Assembly (NCBI RefSeq): GCF_009914755.1
Contig: NC_060932.1
Direction: 5' to 3' (one strand)
Origin: the human T2T-CHM13v2.0 reference genome, Homo sapiens
DNA: 64,000 bases
The translations under genes and the position numbers were made by a program. Shown piece by piece: positions 63,075 through 64,000 of the stretch. The notes under the pieces were generated by a model, which saw only the letters and a list, made by a program, of their open reading frames with translations, searched no databases and had not been told where the DNA came from. How positions within the stretch are numbered: position 1 is the first letter of the stretch; each line of letters starts with the position of its first letter.

Positions 63075-64000
63075 TGCTTTTTTGTTTTCTATTTTTGTTT
63101 CACTGTAGCATTAATGAAACTCCACAGGCTAATAATAACCATTTACTACATAACATTATTTGAAAGGAGCAAATACAAGACAAAAAACTAAAGTAATTTT
63201 TCAGCTTCTTTTTATTATCTATACAGTTTGAAACAAACAGGTTTTAGTATCTTCTCTCAGACAATCAACTACTACTTTTTCAATTTGTTTTGTTCTAAGC
63301 TCTAAGTGATATGTTGGTGCTTCTTACAATAAAAATTGTTCATCAAATAATATTTTTGGAAGAATGAATTTGGTGGATAATTTTCTCTCCTTTGCAACAT
63401 GTTTTCATAGTGAGGACGTTTCTATTACTGTAGCACATTGGTCACTTTATTTACTCCTTTCCATAAAAAAAAAAGGAAATAGCTTAATTAGGGAGGTTTG
63501 CAAAAAGGAACTGGTCATGTGTGATTGAACTCCTTTCTCTCTCTCCTGTTTTTGCATTCAACTTCTTCTGAGAAGCCCTGATTCATCTCTGATCTGCTAT
63601 GCCATAACTTTTATAAGTGTGGACCTCTAGAAAGAAAGCTTATATTTGTGTGGGCAAGCATATGTCTAAATTTTGGCCATAATATTAGTCAAACTATTGT
63701 TACAATACACCATCAGCTTGACACCTATGTTTTTGAACTTGGATGGGAAATAAGAATATTATTTTCTATCTCCATCAAACCCTAGGATGAATGAAGTTAA
63801 AAGAAAATACAAGCTATTTCCTAAAACACTTATGTTTTATCTCCAGGCTTGAGTATTTTATAATTAATTGGAAATATTCTGGAAAGAGGTTATCATTGGT
63901 TATATATATTTGGGATTCACTATTCTAAGGTAATATTTAAATCTGTAAGGGACTAAGGTGTCCAGAAAATAATATAAAGGATGGAAAGAGAAGAGGACCA

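Overview
AT-rich, CpG-depleted primate (very likely human) genomic DNA. Repeats dominate: about 24 Alus, one near-full-length L1PA7/8-type element with an internal ORF2 deletion, a 5'-truncated L1PA15/16-type element, old L1M, L2, MIR and CR1/L3 relics, MaLR/ERVL LTRs, DNA-transposon relics and microsatellites. Many ORFs in the supplied track are Alu, L1 or LTR read-throughs, and most others look like chance ORFs. The main non-repeat signal is a chain of about 13 plus-strand exon-like segments from about 4.5 kb to 54.4 kb. Most are bounded by AG/GT, most adjacent phases are compatible, and they translate to a Ser/Pro-rich, coiled-coil-like protein. Several carry in-frame stops or frameshifts, which suggests a decayed multi-exon gene (possible unitary pseudogene) that I cannot name. 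A small mosaic local duplication lies at about 1.2-1.8 kb. Repeat subfamily calls are from memory of consensus sequences, not from a database search. I saw no RNA genes or CRISPR arrays.
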